Below are positions 27,748 through 38,300 of a DNA stretch of 64,000 bases, in pieces. Position 1 is the stretch's first letter; each line of letters opens with the position of its first letter. The stretch covers positions 3,869-67,868 of the forward strand of contig JBJEPW010000001.1 in NCBI GenBank assembly GCA_051881435.1, read 5' to 3'. The notes beneath the pieces are model-generated. The model was not told the DNA's origin. It made no database searches and saw nothing but the letters and a program-made list of their open reading frames with translations. This DNA is from Candidatus Fimenecus sp. (GTDB taxonomy: Bacteria > Bacillota > Clostridia > Oscillospirales > Acutalibacteraceae). Both the position numbers and the translations under genes were made by a program.

Positions 27748-28863
27748 TCAGCAGTATTTCTTTGTAATTTCAACCATTTTGTCCATTTTGCGCTCCATAT
27801 CCGCAACAAGTGCAAATTGAGTACGGCAACGGACAAGATTGTGCTCGGGATATTCCGTCTTGAAATATGTATCGCCGTTGAGATAGTCGGTCAAAAATCT
27901 TATGCCGCATTCGTATGTCATCAGCTTTGCGGAGAAGGGCAGATACTCTTTTTCACAGTCTGTAAGCGCATCTTTCGCACTGCTTAGATACCCTTTAACA
28001 TAAGCCTCATAAAGTTCAAGACTTAACGAAACCTTTGAAACATCCTGCTCGTCCTCGGCGGCGGTATTTGCACCGAAACGGATACTGTCGCCGAAATCGT
28101 AAAGGGAAAGACCGGGCATTACCGTGTCAAGGTCAATTATACAAATGCCTTTGTTTGATGTGTTGTCAAAAAGAATGTTGTTAAGCTTTGTGTCGTTGTG
28201 TGTAACACGCAGGGGAAGCTCACCCTTTTCAATAAGGTCAACAAGCACATGAGTGTCAGGCTCGCGTTCAAGGGCAAAGTCCACTTCTTCACGCACATTG
28301 TTAAGTCTGCCCGAGCGGTTTTCTAAAATTGCCCTGTTAAGGTCGGCAAAGCGAGAAACGGTATTGTGGAAATTCTCGATTGTTTCGTGAAGCTGTGTGC
28401 TGTCGTAATCCGCAAGATTATTCTGAAAATCTCCGAAAGCTATTCCCGCATTGCAAAAAACCTCGGCGGAATCAATTATATTGCAGGTGTAAACATCGTC
28501 GATATAATCGTAAACACGCCAGCAGTTTCCGCTTTCGTCCTTAAAATAGTATCCGCCTTTTTTGCAGGGGCGGAAACGCAGAGTTGTGCGCTTTGTATCC
28601 TTGCCGCTGCTTCTCATTTTTTCGCGGATATGCTCCGTTACGCCAACGATGTTACTCATAAGCTTTTCGGGGTCGGTAAAAATACCCGTGTTTATCATTT
28701 GCAAAACATATTTTCTTGATTTGCCGTTGTCATCGAAAAAAAGAGTATATGTGCTGTTTATATGACCGTTGTTAAGTTTTTCATACCCTGTGAAATCGCC
28801 TTTTAATCCGAATTGCTCGGATATTCCTACAATGTCAAAAGGTTTATTTGCCAAAATACACAC
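27748..28863 (-). CDS. nahK: N-acetylhexosamine 1-kinase (NahK/LnpB-like, APH fold)
   Basis: GHINSTY, LRVTHNDTKLNNIL, IDLDTVMPG, YDFGDSIRFGA, YPEHNLVRCRTQ match my recollection of Bifidobacterium NahK. True start may be TTG at 28854 behind GAGGTG. Confidence 0.75.
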   Translation of the reverse strand: MCILANKPFDIVGISEQFGLKGDFTGYEKLNNGHINSTYTLFFDDNGKSRKYVLQMINTGIFTDPEKLMSNIVGVTEHIREKMRSSGKDTKRTTLRFRPCKKGGYYFKDESGNCWRVYDYIDDVYTCNIIDSAEVFCNAGIAFGDFQNNLADYDSTQLHETIENFHNTVSRFADLNRAILENRSGRLNNVREEVDFALEREPDTHVLVDLIEKGELPLRVTHNDTKLNNILFDNTSNKGICIIDLDTVMPGLSLYDFGDSIRFGANTAAEDEQDVSKVSLSLELYEAYVKGYLSSAKDALTDCEKEYLPFSAKLMTYECGIRFLTDYLNGDTYFKTEYPEHNLVRCRTQFALVADMERKMDKMVEITKKYC

Positions 28864-28919
28864 CTCAAATATTAAGACGCAGTTATAATGAAAACCGCGC
28901 CTGTTATTATATGAGGTAA

Positions 28920-28948
28920 ATTATATCCTTTTAAAAGAAAATAGTCAA
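28920..28948 (-). promoter_or_regulatory. candidate promoter of the NahK-like gene
   Basis: On the minus strand, TTGACT (28948-28943), 17 nt, TATAAT (28925-28920). Confidence 0.5.
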
Positions 28949-28995
28949 TGCCCAATTTGTAGAATATGGTAAGACTAAATTGTGTAAATTTCCCC

Positions 28996-29024
28996 TTTAC
29001 ATAAACGGCGTTTTAATGTAAAAT
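28996..29024 (+). promoter_or_regulatory. candidate promoter of the pyrH cluster
   Basis: TTTACA, 17 nt, TAAAAT. Confidence 0.4.
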
Positions 29025-29074
29025 ATACTAAATATGGTAATTGCAAAGATGCAGTTATCACGGAGGTGTTTTAT

Positions 29075-29788
29075 ATGGAACCGAAATATAAAAGAGTGCT
29101 TCTTAAAATCAGCGGCGAGGTTCTCGCAGGCGAGGGAAAGCACGGATTTGATTTTAATACTGTGAACAGCGTTTGCAGTGCCGTTAAAGAAATGGCGGAT
29201 ATGGGAGTACAGATAGGAATTGTCGTAGGCGGCGGCAATTTCTGGAGAGGACGTTCAAGCGGCGATATGGACAGAACACGAGCCGACCATATAGGAATGC
29301 TTGCAACCGTTATGAATTCCCTCGCTCTTGCGGACGCACTTGAACAGTTAGGCGTTACCGTTCGCGTTCAGACTGCGATTGAAATGAACAAAATCGCAGA
29401 GCCTTATATCCGCAACAGAGCAATTCGCCACCTTGAAAAGGGCAGAGTTGTGATTTTCGGCTGCGGAACGGGCAACCCCTTCTTCTCAACCGATACTGCG
29501 GCGGCATTGAGAGCGGCTGAAATCGACGCCGATATTATTTTCAAGGCAACAAATGTTGACGGTGTTTACGATAAGGACCCCAACAGATTCAGCGATGCAA
29601 TCAAATACGATGTTATTACCCATAATGACATTTTAAGCAAGGGACTTGCCGTTATGGACAGTACCGCGGCTTCCCTTTGCAGAGATAATAATATACCGAT
29701 ACTTGTATTCAACCTTCAACAGCCTGAAAATATGGTCAAGGCAGTGTCGGGCGAGCAAATCGGAACACTTGTTTTGGAGGAAAAGTAA
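29075..29788 (+). CDS. pyrH: UMP kinase
   Basis: [20 protein letters not shown]. Start trimmed to the ATG 8 nt after GGAGG. Confidence 0.95.
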   Translation: MEPKYKRVLLKISGEVLAGEGKHGFDFNTVNSVCSAVKEMADMGVQIGIVVGGGNFWRGRSSGDMDRTRADHIGMLATVMNSLALADALEQLGVTVRVQTAIEMNKIAEPYIRNRAIRHLEKGRVVIFGCGTGNPFFSTDTAAALRAAEIDADIIFKATNVDGVYDKDPNRFSDAIKYDVITHNDILSKGLAVMDSTAASLCRDNNIPILVFNLQQPENMVKAVSGEQIGTLVLEEK

Positions 29789-29790
29789 TA

Positions 29791-30345
29791 ATGGAGTCTG
29801 TATTTAATTTTACAAAGGAAAAAATGACAAAAACCGTTGCGGCTCTCGAAAAGGAATACGGTTCAATGAGAGCGGGCAGAGCGTCTGCCGCAGTTCTCGA
29901 CAAGGTAATGGTTGATTATTACGGCGTACCCACCCCTGTTCAGCAGATGGCGGCAATTTCGGTAAACGAGGGCAGAATTCTTGTTATTCAGCCTTGGGAC
30001 GCTTCAACAATCAATGCTATTTCAAAGGCTATTCAGGCGTCGGACATCGGCATAAATCCCCAGAATGACGGTAAGGTTATTCGCCTTACTTTCCCGCCTC
30101 TTACCGAAGAACGCAGAAAAATGCTTTCCAAAGACGTAAGCAAAATTGCCGAGGATTCAAAGGTTGCAGTTCGTTCTATCCGCCGTGACGCTATGGACAA
30201 AATCAAGGCGATGAAGAAGAACAGCGAGATTACCGAGGACGACCAGAAAAACGCAGAAACAAAAATTCAGAAGATAACAGACGATTTTATTAAAGAAATT
30301 GATGCTGTTGCGGATAAAAAAGCAAAGGAAATAATGGAAATATAA
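29791..30345 (+). CDS. frr: ribosome recycling factor
   Basis: 184 aa, LxxIRTGRA-type region (SMRAGRASAAVLD), PPLTEERRK. Confidence 0.95.
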   Translation: MESVFNFTKEKMTKTVAALEKEYGSMRAGRASAAVLDKVMVDYYGVPTPVQQMAAISVNEGRILVIQPWDASTINAISKAIQASDIGINPQNDGKVIRLTFPPLTEERRKMLSKDVSKIAEDSKVAVRSIRRDAMDKIKAMKKNSEITEDDQKNAETKIQKITDDFIKEIDAVADKKAKEIMEI

Positions 30346-30360
30346 TTTTTCGGGCTTATA

Positions 30361-30389
30361 GGGCAGCCGACTTTTGAGGTCGGTTGCCC
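30361..30389 (+). terminator. hairpin between frr and uppS (weak terminator/attenuator)
   Basis: GGGCAGCCGAC-N7-GTCGGTTGCCC. The U-tract is not adjacent. Confidence 0.35.
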
Positions 30390-30418
30390 GAAGGTCCGCA
30401 TTGTTGTTTTTAAAGCTT

Positions 30419-31153
30419 ATGAAAAGAAATGATATTCCCGAATTTTCCGTTCTGCCAAAGCATATAGGCATAATTATGGACGGAAACGGAAGATGGGCGA
30501 AAAAAAGAGGACTTCCCCGTTATGAAGGGCACATTGAGGGCGCGAAAACCTTTCGCAGAATAGGCGAATTTGCCGCTGATATAGGTATAAAATGCTTGAC
30601 CTTTTACGCTTTTTCCACGGAAAATTGGAAAAGACCCAAAGAAGAGGTTGACGCCATTATGCAGATTTTCCGCGAGTATCTTTTGGAGGCGGACGACCGA
30701 AAAAAGGAAAACGAGGAAAAAGGTATCAGCCTGCGTTTTATAGGCGAGCGCAAGGGTATGCCTGCGGATTTGCTGGAACTTATGGAAAACACAGAGAAGC
30801 AAAGCCGCGATAAAAGCAATGTCATTTTAAATATTGCGGTGAACTACGGCGGACGTCACGAAATAACTCAAAGCGTTAAGGAAATTGCCCGCAAAGCGGT
30901 AAAGGGTGAAATTTCCGTGGACGAAATAGATGAGGATATGATTTCAAAAAGCCTTTATACAGGCGATATTCCCGATCCGGATTTGATTATCAGACCAAGC
31001 GGGGAGTACAGAATATCAAATTTCCTCACATGGCAGTCGGCTTATTCGGAGCTTTGGTTTACAGATGTTCTGTGGCCCGATTTTTCCGAAGATGATTTAA
31101 TTGCGGCGTTGCGTGAATTTGAAAAGCGCAACCGTCGCTTTGGCGGTGTTTGA
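30419..31153 (+). CDS. uppS: undecaprenyl-diphosphate synthase (cis-isoprenyl transferase)
   Basis: HIGIIMDGNGRWA, FSTENWKRP, RTSGE-type PSGEYRISNFLTWQ. Confidence 0.95.
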   Translation: MKRNDIPEFSVLPKHIGIIMDGNGRWAKKRGLPRYEGHIEGAKTFRRIGEFAADIGIKCLTFYAFSTENWKRPKEEVDAIMQIFREYLLEADDRKKENEEKGISLRFIGERKGMPADLLELMENTEKQSRDKSNVILNIAVNYGGRHEITQSVKEIARKAVKGEISVDEIDEDMISKSLYTGDIPDPDLIIRPSGEYRISNFLTWQSAYSELWFTDVLWPDFSEDDLIAALREFEKRNRRFGGV

Positions 31154-31176
31154 GGGATAAAGAGGAGCTTTTAATT

Positions 31177-32043
31177 ATGGTAAAAAGAATAGTTTTTGGT
31201 TTGCTGTGCGCCTCAGGCGGCGTTCTTATGCTTTTCCTGCGCAACACATTTTTGTTTACAATAGCGGCAATGGTTGTGTGCTTTCTCGTGGTTTATGAGC
31301 TTAATCACGCAGTCAAGCTTCAAAACAAACCGATTATGGTTTTAAGCCTTATTGCGGGAACACTTTTCCCCCTTTATTATGAATACAAGGATAAAATACA
31401 GGGCTTGGGGCTTAATCTTAAAGCCGAGTATCTGCTGGGACTTTATGTTCTGCTGCTTTTCATATTTATGCTTTTTGAATATGAGAAAACAAAGTTTGAA
31501 GATGTAGCGGCAGTAATAATTTCATCGCTGGGTCTTCCCTATGCGGTAACAAGACTTTTGTATTTCAGAGATATTGCAGATTATTTCCCGGATAGAGGAT
31601 ATACTACATATCACGGGCTGTTTTTAATACTTTTTGCAATGTTTTCCGCATGGCTTACCGATACTTTTGCATATTTCACGGGGAGCTTTTTGGGAAAACA
31701 CAAAATGTGCCCGAATATAAGCCCGAAAAAAACATATGAGGGAGCCGTAGGTGGCGTTATAGGCTGTGTAATCAGCAATGTGGCGCTCTATGCGGTGTTT
31801 GAAAATCTTGTTTTTGAAAATCCCGTAAACAATTATCTTGCGGTTATACTTATGTCGGTGGCTCTTTCCGTTATCAGTATGTGCGGTGACCTTACGGCAT
31901 CTGTTGTTAAGCGCAACTTCGGTATAAAGGATTTCGGAAATCTTGTTCCCGGTCACGGCGGCGTTATGGACCGTTTTGACAGCGAGGTTTTCGTGCTTGT
32001 GGCATTTTACGCCATATTCAATATATTTGAGGTTTCAATATAA
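31177..32043 (+). CDS. cdsA: phosphatidate cytidylyltransferase
   Basis: TDTFAYFTGSFLGKHKM...SPKKTYEG, GHGGVMDRFDS. ATG 31177 behind AGAGGAG preferred over TTG 31150. Confidence 0.85.
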   Translation: MVKRIVFGLLCASGGVLMLFLRNTFLFTIAAMVVCFLVVYELNHAVKLQNKPIMVLSLIAGTLFPLYYEYKDKIQGLGLNLKAEYLLGLYVLLLFIFMLFEYEKTKFEDVAAVIISSLGLPYAVTRLLYFRDIADYFPDRGYTTYHGLFLILFAMFSAWLTDTFAYFTGSFLGKHKMCPNISPKKTYEGAVGGVIGCVISNVALYAVFENLVFENPVNNYLAVILMSVALSVISMCGDLTASVVKRNFGIKDFGNLVPGHGGVMDRFDSEVFVLVAFYAIFNIFEVSI

Positions 32044-33200
32044 TGAAAACAAAAAATTTAAGCATATTGGGTTCAACGGGTTCCATTGGAACCCAGAGCC
32101 TTGAAACAGCAAGAAAGTGCGGATACTCTGTTTCTGCACTTTCCGCATATTCAAATGTAGGTTTAATTGAAAAGCAGATACGGGAATTTAAGCCCGCAGT
32201 TGCCGCTTTGGTTGATGAAAATGCGGCAAAGGAGCTTAAAAACCGTGTTTCCGATACAAACACGCGGGTGCTCTCGGGGCTTTCGGGTGTGTGCGAATGT
32301 GCAGCGCAGGACGGTGCGGATACTGTTATTAACGCCGTTGTGGGAATGGCGGGGCTTCGTCCTACTCTTACCGCAATCGAGTGCGGTAAAAAAATTGCGC
32401 TTGCCAATAAGGAAACACTTGTGGCGGGCGGTCAGCTTGTAACACGAAAGGCGCGGGAAAATAATGTGGATATTCTGCCCGTGGATTCGGAACATTCCGC
32501 GATTTTTCAGTGCTTGCAGGGTCAGCCCTCAAACAGAGCGCTGAAAAAAATAATCCTTACTGCGTCGGGCGGACCGTTTTTCGGGAAAACTAAAAGTGAA
32601 CTTGCAAAAGTGACGGTTGCCGACGCATTAAAGCACCCCAATTGGAGTATGGGGCAAAAAATTACCGTTGACTCCGCAACAATGATGAATAAGGGGCTTG
32701 AACTGATAGAGGCTGTGTGGCTTTTCTCCGTTTCACCCGAAAAAGTGGAAATTGTTGTTCACAGGGAGAGTATAATTCACTCCATGGTGGAGTATGATGA
32801 TAATGCGGTAATTGCGCAGTTGGGGCTTCCCGATATGAAAATCCCCATTCAGTATGCTCTCACATACCCCGAGCGTATTGAGTCGCTCACAGGGGAGCTT
32901 GATTTAACAAAGCTTGGCACTCTCACCTTTTATAAACCCGATTATGACACCTTCAGATGTATGACGGTTTGCCGTGAGGCGATAACAAGGGGAGGCTTGT
33001 ATCCTGCATATGCAAACAGTGCCAACGAGCAGGCAAACCTGATGTTCAGAAAGGGCGAAATAGGCTTTTTGGATATCGGCGAGCTTGTTGAAAGAGTAAT
33101 GAACGAAGCGCCGAGTGTTAACGAATATTCGGCGGACGATATTGACGAGGCGGATAAAGAAGCACGCCGCCTTGTTCTGAAATTTGCAAAAAAGCGGTGA
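32043..33200 (+). CDS. dxr: 1-deoxy-D-xylulose-5-phosphate reductoisomerase
   Basis: ILGSTGSIGTQ, LANKE, PVDSEHSAIFQ, HPNWSMG. Confidence 0.95.
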   Translation: MKTKNLSILGSTGSIGTQSLETARKCGYSVSALSAYSNVGLIEKQIREFKPAVAALVDENAAKELKNRVSDTNTRVLSGLSGVCECAAQDGADTVINAVVGMAGLRPTLTAIECGKKIALANKETLVAGGQLVTRKARENNVDILPVDSEHSAIFQCLQGQPSNRALKKIILTASGGPFFGKTKSELAKVTVADALKHPNWSMGQKITVDSATMMNKGLELIEAVWLFSVSPEKVEIVVHRESIIHSMVEYDDNAVIAQLGLPDMKIPIQYALTYPERIESLTGELDLTKLGTLTFYKPDYDTFRCMTVCREAITRGGLYPAYANSANEQANLMFRKGEIGFLDIGELVERVMNEAPSVNEYSADDIDEADKEARRLVLKFAKKR

Positions 33201-34263
33201 TTTTTTGGAAATATGGACAAAGGTTTGGCCCTTTTTGGTTGCCATTTTATTCTTCGGACTTTTAATTTCAATACATGAACTGGGGCATTTTGTTTTTGCA
33301 AAGCTTTTTAAAGTTAAGGTAAACGAATTTGCTCTCGGTATGGGCCCCGCACTTTTTAAAAAGAAAAAGGGCGATACCACTTATGCTCTGCGCCTTTTCC
33401 CCATTGGCGGATATGTGAGTATGGAGGGCGAGGACGAGGAAAGTCAGGATGAAAACGCCTTTAACCGCAAAAAAGTGTGGCAAAAGTTTATAATTGTTGC
33501 GGCAGGCGCTTTTATGAATCTGGTTTTGGGTATCGTAATAGTTGCCACCGTGCTTTCAATGGAGGAGCTTATCGGCACAAATCAGATTTTGCGTTTCTAC
33601 GAAAACGCCGTCAGCGAGCAGACTGGACTTCGTGCAGGCGACGAGATAATAAAAATCGACGGTCACAGGGTTTTTTCCGATATGGACATTTCTTTCCTTA
33701 TGGGCAGAAGCGACGACGGCGTGTTTGATATGACGGTGCGCCGTGACGGTAAAAAGGTTGATTTAAAAGATGTAACCTTTGAAACGGAAAAAGACGGTAA
33801 ATACACGCTAATAACTTACGATTTTATTATTTCGGGTGAGGAGCCCAATATTCTGAATGTGTTTACAAACTCATTCAAGAGAACGGCATCAATAGGGCGC
33901 CTTGTGTGGCTGAGCCTTTTTGATTTGGTAACGGGGCAGTACGGTCTTACTGACCTTTCGGGTCCCGTGGGCACGGTAAATGTTATTGCAGACGCCGCGG
34001 CAGAGGCGGCGGTGAGCCGTGACGGACTTATAACGGCGCTGACACTAATGGCGTTTATATCAATCAACATAGGCATATTCAATTTACTGCCCGTTCCCGC
34101 TCTTGACGGCGGACGGCTGTTTTTCCTCGTTATTGAGGGAATACGCAGAAAGCCTATTAACCCCAAATATGAGGGTTATGTCCACGCGGCAGGGCTTGTG
34201 CTTTTATTGCTGTTAATGCTGGTTGTAACCTTTAACGATATTCTGACAATAGCAAGAAAATAA
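33184..34263 (+). CDS. rseP: RIP site-2 zinc metalloprotease (M50, RseP/RasP)
   Basis: HELGHF, PDZ-like middle, NLLPVPALDGGR. Start codon uncertain (TTG). Confidence 0.85.
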   Translation: MQKSGDFLEIWTKVWPFLVAILFFGLLISIHELGHFVFAKLFKVKVNEFALGMGPALFKKKKGDTTYALRLFPIGGYVSMEGEDEESQDENAFNRKKVWQKFIIVAAGAFMNLVLGIVIVATVLSMEELIGTNQILRFYENAVSEQTGLRAGDEIIKIDGHRVFSDMDISFLMGRSDDGVFDMTVRRDGKKVDLKDVTFETEKDGKYTLITYDFIISGEEPNILNVFTNSFKRTASIGRLVWLSLFDLVTGQYGLTDLSGPVGTVNVIADAAAEAAVSRDGLITALTLMAFISINIGIFNLLPVPALDGGRLFFLVIEGIRRKPINPKYEGYVHAAGLVLLLLLMLVVTFNDILTIARK

Positions 34264-34308
34264 GAAAGGAACGGTATAGGGCATATTTCTTTTTACAGCC
34301 CGAAACCC

Positions 34309-35373
34309 ATGGCGATTGAAATGATAGAATGGAGAAAAAGCCGTGTTGTTAAAGCCGGCAATGTGAAAATCGGCGGTAAAAATTCCATAACGGTGCAGTC
34401 TATGCTTAATGTTCCCGCTCATGACAAAGAGGGAAATGTGCGACAAGCTGTCGCTTTGGAAAAGGCGGGCTGTGAGATAATCCGTCTTACCGTGCCGGAC
34501 AGAGAGGCGGTCAATACTCTTTTCGAGGTTAAAAATGCCGTCAATATCCCCGTTGTGGCAGATATTCATTTTGATTATCGCTGTGCACTTGAAAGCGTTT
34601 CCGCAGGAGCGGATAAAATCAGAATAAACCCCGGAAATATCGGCGATGAGGATAAAGTCAGAGCAGTTGCCGAGGCTTGCAGACTTCACGGTGTGCCAAT
34701 AAGAATAGGTGTAAATTCAGGCTCTCTTGAAAAGGACTTGCTGGAAAAATACGGCTCTCCAACGCCCGAGGCTATGGCGGAAAGCGCAATGCGCCATATA
34801 GCTCTCCTTGAAAAAAATGATTTTAACGATATTGTGGTGTCCATAAAATCCTCCGATGTGCAGAAAATGGTAAAGGCATACCGCCTTGTGGCAGAGCAGT
34901 GCGACTATCCTTTGCATTTGGGTGTTACAGAGGCAGGAACGCTGAATATGGCGCTTGTAAAATCAAGTATCGGTATAGGCTCTCTGCTTCTTGACGGTAT
35001 TGGTGATACAATCCGTGTTTCAATGACGGCTGACCCCGTAAACGAGGTCAAGGCAGGCTTTGATATTTTAAAGGCGGCGGGAATTAAAACCGACTGTGTT
35101 CAGATTGTTTCCTGCCCCACCTGCGGCAGAACAAAAATAAACTTAATTGAACTTGCAGATAAAATCGAAAGGGCTTTGGCTGATGTTAAAAAGCCCTTAA
35201 AGGTTGCGGTTATGGGCTGTGTTGTTAACGGCCCCGGAGAGGCAAGAGAGGCTGATATAGGCGTCGCAGGCGGCGACGGCTGCGGCGTAATATTCAAAAA
35301 CGGCGAGGTACTTAAAAAAGTGGCTGAAACTGAAATAGTGGACAGCCTTCTGGAAGAAATAAATAAAATGTAA
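34309..35373 (+). CDS. ispG: 4-hydroxy-3-methylbut-2-enyl diphosphate synthase
   Basis: VQSM, IRINPGNIG, SCPTCGR, GCVVNGPGE. Confidence 0.95.
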   Translation: MAIEMIEWRKSRVVKAGNVKIGGKNSITVQSMLNVPAHDKEGNVRQAVALEKAGCEIIRLTVPDREAVNTLFEVKNAVNIPVVADIHFDYRCALESVSAGADKIRINPGNIGDEDKVRAVAEACRLHGVPIRIGVNSGSLEKDLLEKYGSPTPEAMAESAMRHIALLEKNDFNDIVVSIKSSDVQKMVKAYRLVAEQCDYPLHLGVTEAGTLNMALVKSSIGIGSLLLDGIGDTIRVSMTADPVNEVKAGFDILKAAGIKTDCVQIVSCPTCGRTKINLIELADKIERALADVKKPLKVAVMGCVVNGPGEAREADIGVAGGDGCGVIFKNGEVLKKVAETEIVDSLLEEINKM

Positions 35374-35385
35374 CGGTGAACATAT

Positions 35386-38300
35386 ATGGCGAATTTCAAA
35401 TCACTTTTTGACGGGCTTTTTGACTGCGAAAATAATCTTGATATTGCCGCCTCGGAAATCAGCGGCCTTTCAATCAGCAGAGAAAACGGAACGGCAAGGC
35501 TTACAATAAAGCCTTACAGAAAAATAGAAGAACAAAGAATTAAGGCTCTCCAAGAGGAGCTTTCAAGGTCTCTTAATGTCAGAATGACCGTTATTTGTGA
35601 TGAAACACGAACAGGCTTCCGCACGGAGTTTATGGAGCTTGTTATTGATATTCTGAAAAAGAACAATGTGGTTGCAAACGGATATTTTAACTCTGCAGAA
35701 TATTCGTTCTCAAACGGAGAACTGAAAATAGACCTTAAAAAAGGCGGCAGAGATATTCTTTTAAATGCAGGGTGTGATAAGGAAATCGAAAGGATAATCC
35801 GCGCTGTTTTCGGCTATGAATGTAAGGTTAGCCTGATACAAGAGGATTTTGATACCGAAACAGCTCTTGCGGGTATGCAGGAAAAAGCAGATGAGGAAAT
35901 GCGCCGTGCTCATAATATTCCTGCACCGAAAGAAGCGGCGGCACCGGGTGAGCCCAAACCCCATGTGATAAAAGAGGGAATACCCCTTTATCTGGAAACT
36001 CAAAAGCCGATATACGGTAATCTTATCAGAACAAACAATATAATGAAGCTTGCCGATGTAAGTATTGAAAGCGGTGCCGTTACGGTTTGGGGCGAGGTGT
36101 TCGGGCTTGATGTGCGTACAACCCGTGACGAAAAAAATAATATAATTCTTTTTAATATTACGGATAAGACTTATTCCTATTCCGTAAAGATTTTTGAAAC
36201 CTGTGAAAGAGCAAAATCCTTTCTCGGCAGTATTAAAGACGGTATAACGGTAATTGTTTACGGCAGAGTTACATATGATAAGTTTTCGGGAGAAAATATT
36301 ATTTCCGCAACATCTGTCAATACGGTAACTCCTGTTAAAAAACAGGATAACGCTCCCAAAAAGCGCGTTGAACTGCATTTACATACGAATATGTCGGCAA
36401 TGGACGGTATGACCTCAGCGGACAAGCTCGTGAAAAGAGCATTGGAGTGGGGGCACCCCGCAATTGCCATAACGGACCATGGCGTGGCACAGGGCTATCC
36501 CGACGCTATGATGGCGGGCGAAGATAAGGATATCAAGCTGATTTACGGCGTAGAGGGTTATCTTGTTGACGATGTTGCAAATCCCGATGTAAGCTATAAG
36601 GATTTGCCGAGCTACCATATAATCATACTGGTTAAAAATTCTGTGGGACTTAAAAATCTTTACAAGCTTATTTCAATGTCCAATATTGACTATTTTTATA
36701 AGCGCCCCCGTATGCCCCGCTCAAAAATTATTGAGCTTCGTGAGGGGCTTATAATCGGCTCTGCCTGTGAGGCGGGTGAGCTTTACCGCGCAATCGTTTT
36801 CGGCGAAAGCGAAGAGAGAATCAGAGAAATTGCAGAGTTTTACGATTATCTTGAAATTCAGCCCAACGGCAACAATGAATTTATGATTCGCTCCGACCGC
36901 CCCGAGTACGCTCATATTAAAACCCGTGAGGATATTGAAAATATCAACAGACAAATAATTGCTCTCGGCGACAGTCTCGGAAAGCTTACAGTTGCCACGG
37001 GAGATGTTCACTTTATGGACCCCGAGGACGCAGTTTACCGTGCCATTTTAATGGCAGGGCAGGGCTTTAAGGACGCCGATATGCAGGCTCCCCTTTACTT
37101 TAAAACAACAGAGGATATGCTTTGCGAGTTCGCATATCTGGGTGAGGAAACCGCATACGAGGTTGTTGTTGAAAACACAAATAAGATTGCAGATATGATT
37201 GAGCAGGTTCGCCCTGTTCCCAAAGGAACTTTCCAGCCCTCCATCGACGGAGCGGAGGACGAGCTTCGTAAAATCTGTTGGGATAAGGCAAAGGATTGGT
37301 ATGGCGACCCTGTGCCCGATTATGTTGCGGACCGCCTTTCAATGGAGCTTGATTCAATTATAGAACACGGCTTTGCGGTGCTTTATATCATTGCTCAAAA
37401 GCTTGTTTGGGATTCAGAGGCACACGGCTATCATGTTGGCTCCCGTGGTTCGGTAGGCTCTTCCTTTGTGGCAACAATGGCAGGTATTTCCGAGGTTAAC
37501 CCATTAGCCCCCCATTACCGCTGTCCCAAATGCAAATACAGCGAGTTTTTCCTGAAGGGTGAATACGGTTCGGGCTTTGATATGGAGCCCAAGGACTGCC
37601 CCCACTGCGGAACGCCCTTAATCCGTGACGGTCATGAAATACCGTTCCAGACCTTCCTGGGATTCCACGGCGACAAGGCGCCCGATATTGACCTTAACTT
37701 TTCAGGCGATTATCAGGGCTGCGCCCACCGTTATACAGAGGAACTTTTCGGCAGTACACATGTTTTCAAGGCAGGTACAATCGCAACGGTTGCCGACAAA
37801 ACAGCATACGGCTTTGTAAAAAAATATCTTGAAGAAAAGGGCAGAACAGTTACCCGTGCCGAGGAGGACAGGCTGACAAGAGGCTGTACAGGCATAAAGC
37901 GTACAACAGGTCAGCACCCCGGCGGAATGGTTGTTGTCCCCCGTGAATTTGATGTTTACGATTTCACTCCCGTTCAGTATCCTGCCGACGATACTTCGTC
38001 GGATATGGAAACAACTCATTTCGATTTCCATTTCCTCCATGATACAATTCTTAAACTTGATATTCTCGGTCACGATGTTCCCACACTTTATAAGCATCTT
38101 GAAGATATGACGGGAATAAATGTTATGGATGTTGATGTGTGCGACCCCGAGATTATTAAGCTTTGCACAAGTCCTGCTCCCTTGGGGCTTACTCCCGAGG
38201 ATATAGGCGTTGAAACAGGTACGCTTTCAATCCCCGAAATGGGTACGGATTTTGTCCGCGGAATGTTAATTGAAGCACAGCCTAAATGCTTCTCCGACCT

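Noticed and set aside
35761-36378. 205-aa minus-strand ORF inside polC, and similar ones at 10886-11467, 23288-23878, 14403-14936, 47464-48003
   Set aside because: All are fully nested antisense to strongly supported genes, so they are treated as non-coding.
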